This document shows positions 18,356 to 28,804 of a DNA stretch of 64,000 nt, piece by piece. Positions within the stretch are counted from its first letter, which is position 1; every line of letters starts with the position of its first letter. A program made the translations under genes and the position numbers. The stretch is from contig CALSNU010000002.1 of assembly GCA_943787795.1 (NCBI GenBank), positions 576,001-640,000 on the forward strand, read 5' to 3'. The notes beneath the pieces were generated by a model. That model worked only from the letters and a program-made list of their open reading frames with translations. It was not told where the DNA came from and made no database searches. This DNA comes from an uncultured bacterium (GTDB lineage Bacteria > Planctomycetota > UBA1135 > GCA-002686595).

Positions 18356-19360
18356 ATGACGCACGATGATCAGAGGGCGCCTTCGGGGCGTGGTGCCGAG
18401 GTGCTCCGTCAGGAAGCCCGGGCGATCGCAGGGCTTGCAGAGCGCCTCGGGGGCGACGTCGGAGGGGCGGGGGATGCCTTCGGCGCGGCCGTAGCGATGG
18501 TCTTGTCGTGCCGCGGGCAGGTGGTCGTCACGGGGATGGGGAAGGCCGGCCTGATCGGTCAGAAGATCTCGGCCACCCTCGCCAGCACCGGGACTCCCTC
18601 CTTCTTCCTGCACCCCGCGGAGGCCCTCCACGGGGACCTCGGCCGGGTTCGGCAGGGGGACGTGGTCCTCGCCATGTCGAATTCAGGGGAGACGGCCGAG
18701 GTCAACATGGTCATGGGCGCCGTGCGCAAGCTGGGGATCCCGCTGATCGGCCTGACCGGCCGGGCCGACTCGACCCTGGGCCGCTACGCCGACTGCCTGC
18801 TCGACATCGGTCGAGTGGAGGAGGCGGGCCCCATGCGGCTCGCGCCCACCGCCAGCACGACCGTGATGCTCGCCCTGGGAGACGCCCTGGCGATGGCGGT
18901 GCTCGAGGAGCGAGACTTCGGGCCCCGGGACTACGCGATCTTCCATCCCGGGGGCAGCCTCGGTCGGAGCCTGCTCCGCGTGGACGAGGTCATGCGCAAG
19001 GGAGAGAGCCTCCCGCTGGTGAACGCCGGGACCAGCGTCGCGGACGCGCTCATCCAGACCTCGAAGACTCCGGGGCGTCCAGGGGCCTCGCTCGTGATCG
19101 ACGCGGACGGGCGCCTCGCGGGCATCTTCACCGACGGCGACCTGCGCCGGCTCCTGGAGCGCGGCGACTTCGGTCACCTTGAGCGTCCGATCGACGAGTT
19201 CATGGCCAGCGAGCCCAAGGTCCTCGGGCCGAGCGATCTGGCGGTGGACGCCCACCGACTCCTGCGCGAGAACCGGATCGATAACGCCCCCGTGATTGAC
19301 TCCGAGCGGCGCCCGGTGGGCCTGCTCGATGTCCAGGATCTGATCGAGGTCGGGATCTGA
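18356..19360 (+). CDS. kdsD: KpsF/GutQ family D-arabinose-5-phosphate isomerase (SIS + 2 CBS domains)
   Basis: TGMGKAG.IG.K..ATLASTGT, HPAEA.HGDLG, APTAST, HPGGSLG and GIFTDGDLRR. Confidence 0.93.
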   Translation: MTHDDQRAPSGRGAEVLRQEARAIAGLAERLGGDVGGAGDAFGAAVAMVLSCRGQVVVTGMGKAGLIGQKISATLASTGTPSFFLHPAEALHGDLGRVRQGDVVLAMSNSGETAEVNMVMGAVRKLGIPLIGLTGRADSTLGRYADCLLDIGRVEEAGPMRLAPTASTTVMLALGDALAMAVLEERDFGPRDYAIFHPGGSLGRSLLRVDEVMRKGESLPLVNAGTSVADALIQTSKTPGRPGASLVIDADGRLAGIFTDGDLRRLLERGDFGHLERPIDEFMASEPKVLGPSDLAVDAHRLLRENRIDNAPVIDSERRPVGLLDVQDLIEVGI

Positions 19361-19367
19361 CCCAGTC

Positions 19368-22300
19368 GTGCGCCGACTGATCATCTTTGCCCTGGTCTTC
19401 GGCCTGGGTGCCTCGCTTCTCTGGTACCTCGAGTCCGAGCGGCTGAGGTCGGACTCCGATCGCACGGGGTCCCTCGACCTGGATCGCACGAGCGAGACGT
19501 CGATCCCGCCCTTCGTGCCGCCTTCGCCGGAGGCCGAGGATGAAGCCGTCGGATCAGAGACCGAGAGCACTGGATCCGACGGAAGCGGGTCCCGCGGCAG
19601 CGGGTCCGGGGGTGCGGGCCCCGACGAGGCTGTGGGCGGCGCTGCGGCCGCCGACGATCGCAACACTCTCCTCAAGGGGGAGCGGGTGGTCACCAGCGGC
19701 GCCCAGAAGACGAACCTGCCCCCGCGGCGGGCGGGCGAGCCTCGCATCGTGTTGGTCACGTCCGACATGCAGCCCACTGACGATCAGGGCACGCAGTATG
19801 AGCTGACAGGAGTCGAGGTCGACTCCTTTGTCGTGACGGGCGCGCCGCGGAATGAGGAGCCAAAGAGCAGCAGTATCCGGGCCGCGAAGGGGTACCTGGA
19901 GCTGGTCACAGAGGACCTCGGGCTGGAGTTCGACGATGACATCAACGTCCTCCTCGAGGGCGTCGTCGTCCAGCAGCTGATGAACACGCCTCTCGCCCCC
20001 TTGACGCTGGAGGCAGAGCGGCTCGACGCCAAGCTCGCCCTGGAGGAGCTCCGGTCCGTGGGCGACGATCTGGTGAGCTTCGCCTCCCGGGACTTCCGCG
20101 GCACAGGTCGCGGGCTGGTCGGCCTGGGAGGGATCGGCAGCCTCTCCTTCGAGGGTGGTGCGGATGTGGTCGTGGAGCTTGGCGCGGATCGCTCGGCGCG
20201 AATTCGTTCCAAGGAGGGGGGGCAGCTCAACGTCGTCTCAGTTCTCGGGCCGGATGGCGCGAGTCGCCGAGTGGTCCGGGTGCGTGCAGAGGGCGGCGTG
20301 GTGCTGGTCTTCGGTGACGCCTCCGGTGAGACCGCCGACGGCGACTCGATCTCGGTGGAGGCTGGCGCCGTTGACGTGGACATCGAGCTCGGCGGAGAGG
20401 GCGTTGCCAATCGAATCCTCGACGCCCGCGCTGGCGCTGGAGTCGAGGTTCGACGGGGGCGGGACCGCTTCAGCGGGCAGGAGGGTCGTATCGAGTTCGA
20501 CGGCGCGCGGCCGCGACGGGTGACCCTGCGCGGAGAGCCGAGCGTCGCCTATGTGGTGGAGGAGGCCGACGGCGAGCTCCGGCTGGAACTGACCGGCGTC
20601 GGCCCCCTCACCGCGAACCTCGAGCCCGCCGCAGGCGCCCCCGACGAGTATGGAGCCCAGCGCTTCGTCTTCCTCGGTCCCGGCACGCTCGCCGCCGCCG
20701 ATCGGGGTGGCACCATCACGTTCCAGAACGAGGCCCAGGGCCGCGCGTCCATGGATCGGTCGAGCGCGGTGGTCCTCCTCAGTGGATCGGTCCGCGCCGA
20801 CTCCGCCGAGGGGGCGCTCGAATCCGAGTCTGTCCTGGCGACCTACCGCGGCGAGCGAGGGGTGCAGCTCTCGGCCGAGGGGCCCTCCACCCTCAGGGCG
20901 CGGCGAGCCGACGGTCTCTACCGGGCGGAGGCGAGGGGCGGGCTGACCGCACGTCTCGAGGGCGAGCGTTGGTTCATTGACGAGGCCCGAAGCTTCGAGG
21001 CGGAGGCCCTGGGGGAGGAGCCGCATCGGCTCACCGCCGGGGTGGTCCGTGACGTGGATGTTGCGGGAGAGACCTTGGTGGCCTCGGGTGGCGTTCGCTA
21101 TCAGTCCCTTTGGGGCGAGGCCCGTTCGACCTCAGCCAGGCTACATGGCGGCGCCGAGATCGACCTCGAGGGCACCGTCGAGGAGCCGGTGATGCTCAGC
21201 CTGGTCCCGGAGAGCCAGGGTCTGAGGGACGAGGCCGAGGATGTTGCTGGAGTGAGGACGGGCGTTGTGAGCTCGCTCTCCATGGCCCTCTCTCGCGACG
21301 CCTTCACGGCCCAGGGTCAGGCCATGGCCGAGCTTGAGGGTTCGGAGGGGCAATGGCAGCTCGACAGCGACCGGATCCGAGGTCTGAGGGAGGCCGCCGG
21401 CAGCGACGGCAGCTCACCCTTCCAGTTCGAGGTGACGGGGGTCCGCGAGCTGCGCTTGGAGAGCGCCCTCGAGCGCAGCACCTTCTCGGCGGAGAAGGTG
21501 TGGGTGGACGGGGTGGTCCTCGGGGAGGGGGGGGCCAACCTGGCGATGGATGAGGCGCGGTCCATCGAGGTTCGTGCCGAGGGCAACGTCAGCGTCAGGA
21601 TCGAGAGCCTCGCGCCGGAGGGGCCCTTGGACCTCCTCGCCTCATGGAGCATGGAGGCTGCCGCCGCCACCCTGCGGCGTGGAGCGCAGGGCGACGACCT
21701 CCGGGCGCCGTTCACGCTCGTCGCCGAGCAGGTGACGCGCGGTCACTTCGAGGGGGCCGGTGTGAGCGCCGACCTCTCGGCGGACCAGGTCGAGGTCGAC
21801 GGGGTGGTCGGCTCGCGGGTCGCGCTCTCGGCCGAAGATCGGGATCAGGCTCTGGTTGGCTCATCCCTCACAGCGACCGGGAAGGTGGAGACCTCCTTCG
21901 CGATGAACCCGGGCAGACCTCCGATCCAGGGGAGAGGGGACCACTTCATGCTCGTGGATGGTCAGCGCGGTCAGCTCGGTGCGGACCCGGGTAAGCGGGT
22001 GCGAGCGCGGGGGTTGCTGCCGGACCGGGAGGAGCCCTTCGTGCTCACGGCTCGCTCCGTGGACTTCTCGCGGGCCGAGCTACGGGCGGTCGAGCCTGTG
22101 CTGGAGGTCCAGGGCGCGAGGCCGCTGATGGACTTTGGCGGTATCCGCCTCAAGCGGATCTCCGGTGAGTACCTCGAGGCCACGCGCCAGCGGGCCGTCC
22201 TCGCGGGGACCCAGGAGGACCCGGTGCTGGGCGTGGGAGTCAACGACAGGGGGGAGCCCATCTCCATCCGCGCTCGTCGAGTGGAGATTCCCCTGGGCGA

Positions 22301-24957
22301 GCTCGGGGACGCGAACGTCGACCCCGGCGCGCCCAGCCGCACCCTGGGGCCGTTCGATCCGGTGCCCGCTGTTCAGGAGGATGACGACGATGGCGTCGAG
22401 ATGGTCGGCTTCGAGCTCGACCTCGGCGGCGGAAGACTCCTCAGGGGAGAGACCGGTGAGTTTGACGGAGACCGGCTGCGGCTCGAGGGCAAGCCCGCCA
22501 CGCTCCGCGTCGCAGGGCTCGAGGTGGCGGCCGACTTCATCGAGCTTGACCTCGTGGACTACCTCCTCCATACCGGGCGCGGTTCGATCCGAAGTCCGGG
22601 TGTCGAGGGGGAGCCTCCTTACTCGGTCGAGTTCGCCGGGATCGAATCCCAGCTCGTCGGGGACGAGGTCCTGGTCACGGTCAACGCACCTTCTTTCTCG
22701 GCGGGCGCGGACAGCGCCCGCGCGGACTTCTTGGCCCTCTTTCTCGATCGCGCCCGCTGGCGGGCGCGGGGCGACAGCGCCTACCGGGGGATCCCTGAGC
22801 CCGAGCTGGAGGCGCCTCTGGTGCCGGACTTGGCGAGCAAGCCCAACTTCCTGGCGGAGCTCCTCTTCGAGCTCCAGACCCGCGAGTTCGGCAAGTACTT
22901 GCGATCGATCTACATCGAGGGGGGCTTCGAGGTCCTCAGGGGAGACAACCGCTCAGCCACAGGCGAGCGCGTGTACGTCGACCTCCCGCGAGCCGTCACG
23001 TGGGCAGAGGGGTTCGAGCTCTCTTACCCCCTGGAGACTCGAGGGCAGAACGTTCCCCTGCGGATCAAGACGGAGCGCATCGAGTCGAATGAGGAGGGTG
23101 CTCTCGTGGCTGATGGCGCGACCCTGACCACCTGCAGCCATCAGGAGCCGCACTTCGTGGTGAGGACCCGGAAGTTCTCGCTCTCCCCACGCGACGATGG
23201 CCGCTGGCGGTTCGCGGCCCGCGGTAACCGGATCAAGTTCGAGGGCGGCTTCGGCATGCCGCTGCCGTCCATCGGCAACGTCGTGCTGGACGAGGAGTTC
23301 GGGGTCGAGGGGTTCGAGGATGAGGCAGGAGAGGTCACCCCCCTCAGCGATATCGCCGTGGCCCAGACCGCGCGCTTCGGCGCGACGCTGGGAGCGGCCT
23401 TCCGCTTCGATGTCGGCGGCGTGGGCTCATGGATCGGCGAGCGGCTGGGCATGAACCCTGACCAGATCGAAGGTAAGTGGGACACCTCGGCGAGCTACCT
23501 CTGGGATCGTGGTCCGCTCCTGGGCCTTGGCCTCAGCCTCCGCGAGCATGAGCCCGGCGACGATGCTGGTGAGGACTTCCGCGTCGACGCGTTCGTCGGA
23601 GGCATCCCCGATAGCGGCATGGACCGTGGCACGGTTCGCGTGCCGGAGGACGAGCGGGACACCCTCCGCGTCTTCGGCTACCTGAGGAGCCGCTACCCGA
23701 TCGTCCGCGGTGAGTGGATCGACGTCGCCGTTGCCTCTCAGACGGACGCCGGCGTGCAGTCCGAGTTCTATGAGAACGACTACCAGCGCTTCGACCAGCG
23801 GGACACCTTTGTTCGCTGGCGTAAGTCGCTCGGCGCAGACTACCTCGCCGCCGGGGCACAGAAGCGGATCAACTCGTTCCGCAGTCAGAAGGAGGAGCTG
23901 CCCTCCTTCCAGGCCTACCGGGGAGAGCGCGCCGTGGGCGAGGTCGCCGGGCTCCCCTTGCTCTATGGCGGGTCATTCGAGGCGGGCTACTTCCGACGTC
24001 GCGAAGGGGTGGCGAAGGATGACCTGTTCTCGGACCTCCCCGGCGGCGCTCAGCTCCCCATCGGCGACGGGGACTCTGGGCGAGCGGACCTCATTCAGCG
24101 GGTCGCGCTCCCCCTCCGGACGGGGGTCGGCGGAATCAAGGCAACGCCCTTCGCCGAGGTGCGCGGCACGGCGTGGACCGAGTCGCTCGACGATGACGGA
24201 GAGGACCCGCTGCGGGGCGCGGCCATCGCGGGCATGGAGCTCTCCACGACCCTCCACAAGGTCACCGACAGCGGATACCTGCACGCGCTAGCGCCGCGCA
24301 TCTCGGCGTCCAAGGACCTTTGGTACGAGGAGAGCGGCGGCGAGCTGATCCCCTTTGACCGGACCGAGGAGCCGATCGATGGCGATCGCTATGAGGCGGG
24401 TCTCCGGGCGCTCTGGCAGCGACCGAGCACCTTCGAGACTTTCGACCTCGACGTCCGAGCGACGCTCCTCAAGGACCGCTCAAGAGAGGACCTCGAGGAC
24501 CTGAGACAGGTCGCGACGTTGGGCCGGTACATCACGGGGTATGGCAGCGGCGAGGGGCTGATCGGCATCCTCCATGACGCCCGCTACGACGTCGAGAACA
24601 CCGAGACGACCTACACACGGAGCACCTTCGCGGTGCGGCCCGATGACGAGTACCTGTTCGAGGTCAGCTACGGTCAGGCGCGGGCGCTCGACCGGGCGGA
24701 GCTCTACGAGACGGCTGGCGTCGCCGGGCGCTGGATGGTGGACCCGAAGTGGGAGATCGAAGCGCGGTACTCCAGGGACCTGCGCGAGAGCGAGTCGTTG
24801 CTCACGGAGCTCGTCCTGCGGCGCTTCAGTCACGACTTCGTGCTCGACCTGATCTTCCAGGACCGGGCCGGTGAGGGCGGGACCACGATCGGGTTGAGCT
24901 TCAAGCCGCTCCTGGGCTGGACCCGAAGCCGTCCTGGGCCTGCTGGACCGGCGCTAG
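19368..24957 (+). CDS. Giant LptD/OstA-like LPS-assembly protein (~1,860 aa). As sequenced, the ORF runs to 25097 because of a probable +1 frameshift near 24933
   Basis: LTTCS...PHF motif as at the LptD N-domain/barrel junction, an amphipathic beta C-terminal region, and position 7 bp after kdsD. Confidence 0.7.
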
Positions 24958-24961
24958 TCGC

Positions 24962-25723
24962 TCAGTTGCCCACGGGCGTCCACGTCATCCCGTCCTGGGC
25001 GGTGAGGCCAGCTGCGGCCAGCGCCACATCCGAGCTCATGTCATCGGTCACCGAGAAGGCTGCGTCGAACTCTGGCGAGCGGTTCAGGCCGTCGTAAGCA
25101 CCCCCCGATGCCCCGATGTTGTTCCGGGTCGCCACGACGTCCCCGATCTCGTTGATCATGAAGGCCCTGCGGCCGGTGCGATTGATCTGCTTGGGCCACG
25201 CGTAGCAGCACCACATCAACTCGCAGTTCTGGCTGTCCGGGTAGGCGCCGGGGTTCGCTCCGCCGCTACCACGCTCGGGGAGGCCACCGACGACGCCGCC
25301 TGTGCCTCTGTTGGGGAGGAAGATCTTGAAGTAGTAGCCGTTGCGCTCGATGGTCCCTTCACCTGCGTTGTCGAAGACGTCTGAGAACTGCTTGGACAGG
25401 AAGGACGGCTGGGCGCTGTCGCCCGCAGCGCCGATGCCGATCCCGAGCGCGGACCAGACTCGGACGGGGGTGCCTCCAGAGAGCTCTCCGAAGTAACCCG
25501 CTTCACCACCACCGTCGAGATCCGTGTCGATGGTGACGCTCGAGATCATGTTCTGCTGAGCGGTGGCGATCGACCGGAGGGTCGAGATGGTGGCGTTCTC
25601 GTTGGCCGAGATCCGCGCGCTCACCAGCTTTGGGATCGCGATGGCCGCGACGATCGCGATGATCGCGACGACGATCATCAACTCGATGAGGGTGAAGCCG
25701 GACTGCTTGTTGGGACGGGGCAT
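24962..25723 (-). CDS. Type IV pilin-like protein with prepilin N-methylation site
   Basis: KQSG|FTLIELMIVVAIIAIVAAIAIP, ANE..TISTLR and YAWP...TGRRAF. Confidence 0.9.
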   Translation of the reverse strand: MPRPNKQSGFTLIELMIVVAIIAIVAAIAIPKLVSARISANENATISTLRSIATAQQNMISSVTIDTDLDGGGEAGYFGELSGGTPVRVWSALGIGIGAAGDSAQPSFLSKQFSDVFDNAGEGTIERNGYYFKIFLPNRGTGGVVGGLPERGSGGANPGAYPDSQNCELMWCCYAWPKQINRTGRRAFMINEIGDVVATRNNIGASGGAYDGLNRSPEFDAAFSVTDDMSSDVALAAAGLTAQDGMTWTPVGN

Positions 25724-26000
25724 TGGAATCGTGCGCGAGATCAGGGCGCGGGGCGCCTGGCGGGTCGGCCGGTCCGGAGCGGACCTGCAATCGGCCCTAT
25801 CGACGTGATCCTCTGATTCCTTGACGGGTCCCGTAGCGCACCCGCAAAACACGGCTCAGGGGGCCTGCAGAGCCCCTTCAGGCCGCCACGGGAGGCGACC
25901 TGTGCCAGAAGAGGAGGGCAGCCCCCAGCGCTGACCTCTCCCCCGGGAGGGGCCAAGCGGGGGCCGCGCTGAGGGCTTCGGTGGTGACCCTGACGTGGGT

Positions 26001-27695
26001 CTAGAAGAGGCCGAGGATCTCGCCGTTCTCGTCGATGTCCACCTGCTTGTACGCAGGGGTGCGACCCAGGCCGGGCATGGTCATGATCGCTCCGGCGTAG
26101 ACGACGACGAAGCCCGCGCCGGCCGCCAGTCGGGCCTCCCGCACGGGGAACACGAACCCTTCGGGAGCCCCCTTGAACTGCGCGTCGTGGCTGAGGCTGT
26201 ACTGCGTCTTGGCCATGCAGATGGGGAGCTTGCCGTAGCCCTGCTCCTCAAGGCGCGCCAGCGTCTTCTTCGCGGCGGCAGAGAACTCCACCGACCCCGC
26301 GCCGTAGATCTTCAGGGCGAGTGCCTCCACCTTCTCGGTCAGCGGAGCTTCATCGGGATAGAGCAGCTTGAAGTCGGCTTCCCCGGACTCGGCAGCGTCG
26401 ATGATGGCCTGGCCGATCGCGGCGCCGCCTTCACCGCCCTTGGCGTGCACCTCGCTCACCTCGGCGGCGCGGGCGCCAGCCGCAAGGGCTCGCTCCTTGA
26501 CCACCTCGATCTCGGCTTCGGTATCTGTTGGGAAGCGGTTGATCGCCACAACCACCGGCACTCCGTAGCTCCGGACGTTCTTGACCTGGGCCTCCAGGTT
26601 CGAGCATCCCTTCAGCACGGCCTCGGTGTTCTCCTGGAAGAGCTCATCGGGGAGCGGGCGGCCCTGGCGGGTGGGGTAGTTCCCCGAGTGCACCTTCAGG
26701 GCGCGGATCGTGGCCACCAGCAGGACGGCGTCGGGGGTCATGCCCGAGGCGCGGCACTTGATGTCGAAGAACTTCTCGGCGCCCATGTCCGCGCCGAAGC
26801 CAGCCTCGGTCACGAGGTAGTCCACGTGACCCTGGGCGACGCGGTCCGCGACGATGGACGAGTTGCCGTGGGCGATGTTGGCGAAGGGGCCTGTATGGAC
26901 GAAGGCGAGGGTGCCCTCGGTGGTCTGCATGATGGTCGGGTCGATGGCCCGCTGCAGGATGGCGGCCATGGCACCCGCCACCTCGAGCTCATCCGCCGTG
27001 ACCGGGTCGCCCTTGCGGTTGGCCCCGATCACGATGCGTCCCAGCCGGCGCCGCACGTCCGCGAGGTCGTTGCTCATCCCGAGGATGGCCATGACCTCGG
27101 ACGCCGAGGTGATGTCGAAGCCGGTCTCGCGCGGGACGCCGTTCTTCGGCCCGCCGAGGCCAGACGTGACCTGGCGCAGGGCCCTGTCGTTCACGTCGAG
27201 GACGCGCCTCCAAGTGACCGTCGCGGGGTCGATATCGAGGGGGTTGTCCAGCAGGATCGAGGCGTCGATGGCGGCTGCCAGGAGGTTGTTCGCCGCCGTG
27301 ACGGCGTGGAAGTCCCCGGTCAGGTGGAGGTTGAAGTCCTCCATGGGGACGACCTGGCTGTATCCGCCCCCGGCGGCGCCGCCCTTGATCCCGAACACCG
27401 GGCCCATGGACGGCTGCCGGATGGCGCAGGCGGCCTTCTTGCCGAGCTTGTTGAGGGCCAGGGAGAGCCCGACCGTGTGGACGGTCTTGCCCTCGCCCGC
27501 GGGCGTGGGGGTGATGGCGGTGACCACCACGTAGCGAGACTTGCTCGCTCCGGGCTCCGCGGCCAGCTTGTGGTCCAGCTTGGCCATGTAGCGGCCGTAG
27601 GGCTCGAGTCCCTCGGGGTCGAAGCCGTACTCACCGGCGACGTCCTGGATGGGGCGGAGGGTGACGTCTCTGGCGATATCTAGGTCGGAGCGCAT
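26001..27695 (-). CDS. fhs: Formate--tetrahydrofolate ligase
   Basis: TPAGEGKT, GIKGGAAGGGY, NLHLTGD, GPFANIAHG, TEAGFGAD and MAKTQYS. Confidence 0.97.
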   Translation of the reverse strand: MRSDLDIARDVTLRPIQDVAGEYGFDPEGLEPYGRYMAKLDHKLAAEPGASKSRYVVVTAITPTPAGEGKTVHTVGLSLALNKLGKKAACAIRQPSMGPVFGIKGGAAGGGYSQVVPMEDFNLHLTGDFHAVTAANNLLAAAIDASILLDNPLDIDPATVTWRRVLDVNDRALRQVTSGLGGPKNGVPRETGFDITSASEVMAILGMSNDLADVRRRLGRIVIGANRKGDPVTADELEVAGAMAAILQRAIDPTIMQTTEGTLAFVHTGPFANIAHGNSSIVADRVAQGHVDYLVTEAGFGADMGAEKFFDIKCRASGMTPDAVLLVATIRALKVHSGNYPTRQGRPLPDELFQENTEAVLKGCSNLEAQVKNVRSYGVPVVVAINRFPTDTEAEIEVVKERALAAGARAAEVSEVHAKGGEGGAAIGQAIIDAAESGEADFKLLYPDEAPLTEKVEALALKIYGAGSVEFSAAAKKTLARLEEQGYGKLPICMAKTQYSLSHDAQFKGAPEGFVFPVREARLAAGAGFVVVYAGAIMTMPGLGRTPAYKQVDIDENGEILGLF

Positions 27696-27775
27696 GCGAC
27701 AAAAGGTAACGCTTCGTCGCGCTCAGGAGGGGCTGGGGATACAGCCCTCGCCAGAGGTCTCGTAATCCGAGCCTC

Positions 27776-28804
27776 TCAGCTCGTCCGCCGGCGGCTCCGG
27801 AAGCCGTCCAGGGTCACCGCGCCCACGATGATGGCCCCGACCAGGATCTCCTGGACGAAGTTCGGCACCCCTGAGAGGTTGCAGCCGTTGGCGAGGGTGG
27901 CCATCAAGAACGCCCCGATCATGGCGCCGAGGATGGTCCCGGTGCCCCCTGAGAGCGACGCGCCGCCGATCACCACCGCGGCGATGACGTCCAGCTCCTT
28001 GCCCATGGCGGTGGTCGGGTCGCCGACCGTCAGGCGGCCGAACTGGAGGACACCGGCGAGCCCCGCCATGGCGCCGGCGAAGACGTAGATCGCAAACTTG
28101 GTCCGCTCGACGGGCACCCCGCAGAGGCGGGCGGTGGGCTCGTTGGAGCCGATCGCAGTGGTCCAGGTGCCGAACACCGTTCGGCGCAGGAGGAAGGCGG
28201 CGGCGACGGCGGAGAGGCCCATGAGCCAGACCCCGGGGGCGAGCACCAGCCAGTCCGGCACGTTCTCGCGGATGACCCCAGGCAGCCCGGACAGGTCGGG
28301 GTTCTTGGACATGAACTGCTTCAGCCACCCGCTCGGGGCGTCCACCTTCTGCTCGTCGGCGAGCCACTTGGCGGCTCCTCGGGCCGCGCCGAGCGTCCCC
28401 AGGGTGACGATGAAGGGGGGCAGCTTTAGGAGGGTCACGAGGCCGCCGTTGACCGCGCCCACGGCGGCGCCTGCCACGACACCGAGGAGCGCCGACGGGA
28501 GCTCGCCGAGGCCCGCCTTCATGGCGAGGGCGGTGACCACGGAGGCCAGTGCGATGGCGGATCCCACGGAGAGGTCGATGCCCCCGGAGCGAATGATGAA
28601 GGTGGCGCCGATGGCCGCGAGCCCGACGATCACGGTCTGGGTCGCGATGGTCTTGGCGTTGAAGACCGAGAGGAACCCCTCTGGCGCGACCGCGCCGAAG
28701 AGCGCCACGACGACGATCAGGCCGAGGAACGGGCCCAGGATGTCGGCGACCTGGCGGGCGGCGGCGGTGCCACGGCCGGGGGGCGTTGGGTCTTCGGCTT
28801 CCAT
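27776..28804 (-). CDS. Monosaccharide ABC transporter permease (RbsC-like)
   Basis: GGIDLSVGS, PPFIVTLG and ELDVIAAVVIGGASLSGG. Confidence 0.93.
   Translation of the reverse strand: MEAEDPTPPGRGTAAARQVADILGPFLGLIVVVALFGAVAPEGFLSVFNAKTIATQTVIVGLAAIGATFIIRSGGIDLSVGSAIALASVVTALAMKAGLGELPSALLGVVAGAAVGAVNGGLVTLLKLPPFIVTLGTLGAARGAAKWLADEQKVDAPSGWLKQFMSKNPDLSGLPGVIRENVPDWLVLAPGVWLMGLSAVAAAFLLRRTVFGTWTTAIGSNEPTARLCGVPVERTKFAIYVFAGAMAGLAGVLQFGRLTVGDPTTAMGKELDVIAAVVIGGASLSGGTGTILGAMIGAFLMATLANGCNLSGVPNFVQEILVGAIIVGAVTLDGFRSRRRTS

Noticed and set aside
25890..25910. Sigma-54 promoter upstream of the pilin gene (TGGCAC on the minus strand)
   Set aside because: The GG-to-GC spacing is 8 rather than 10 and there is no TTGC.
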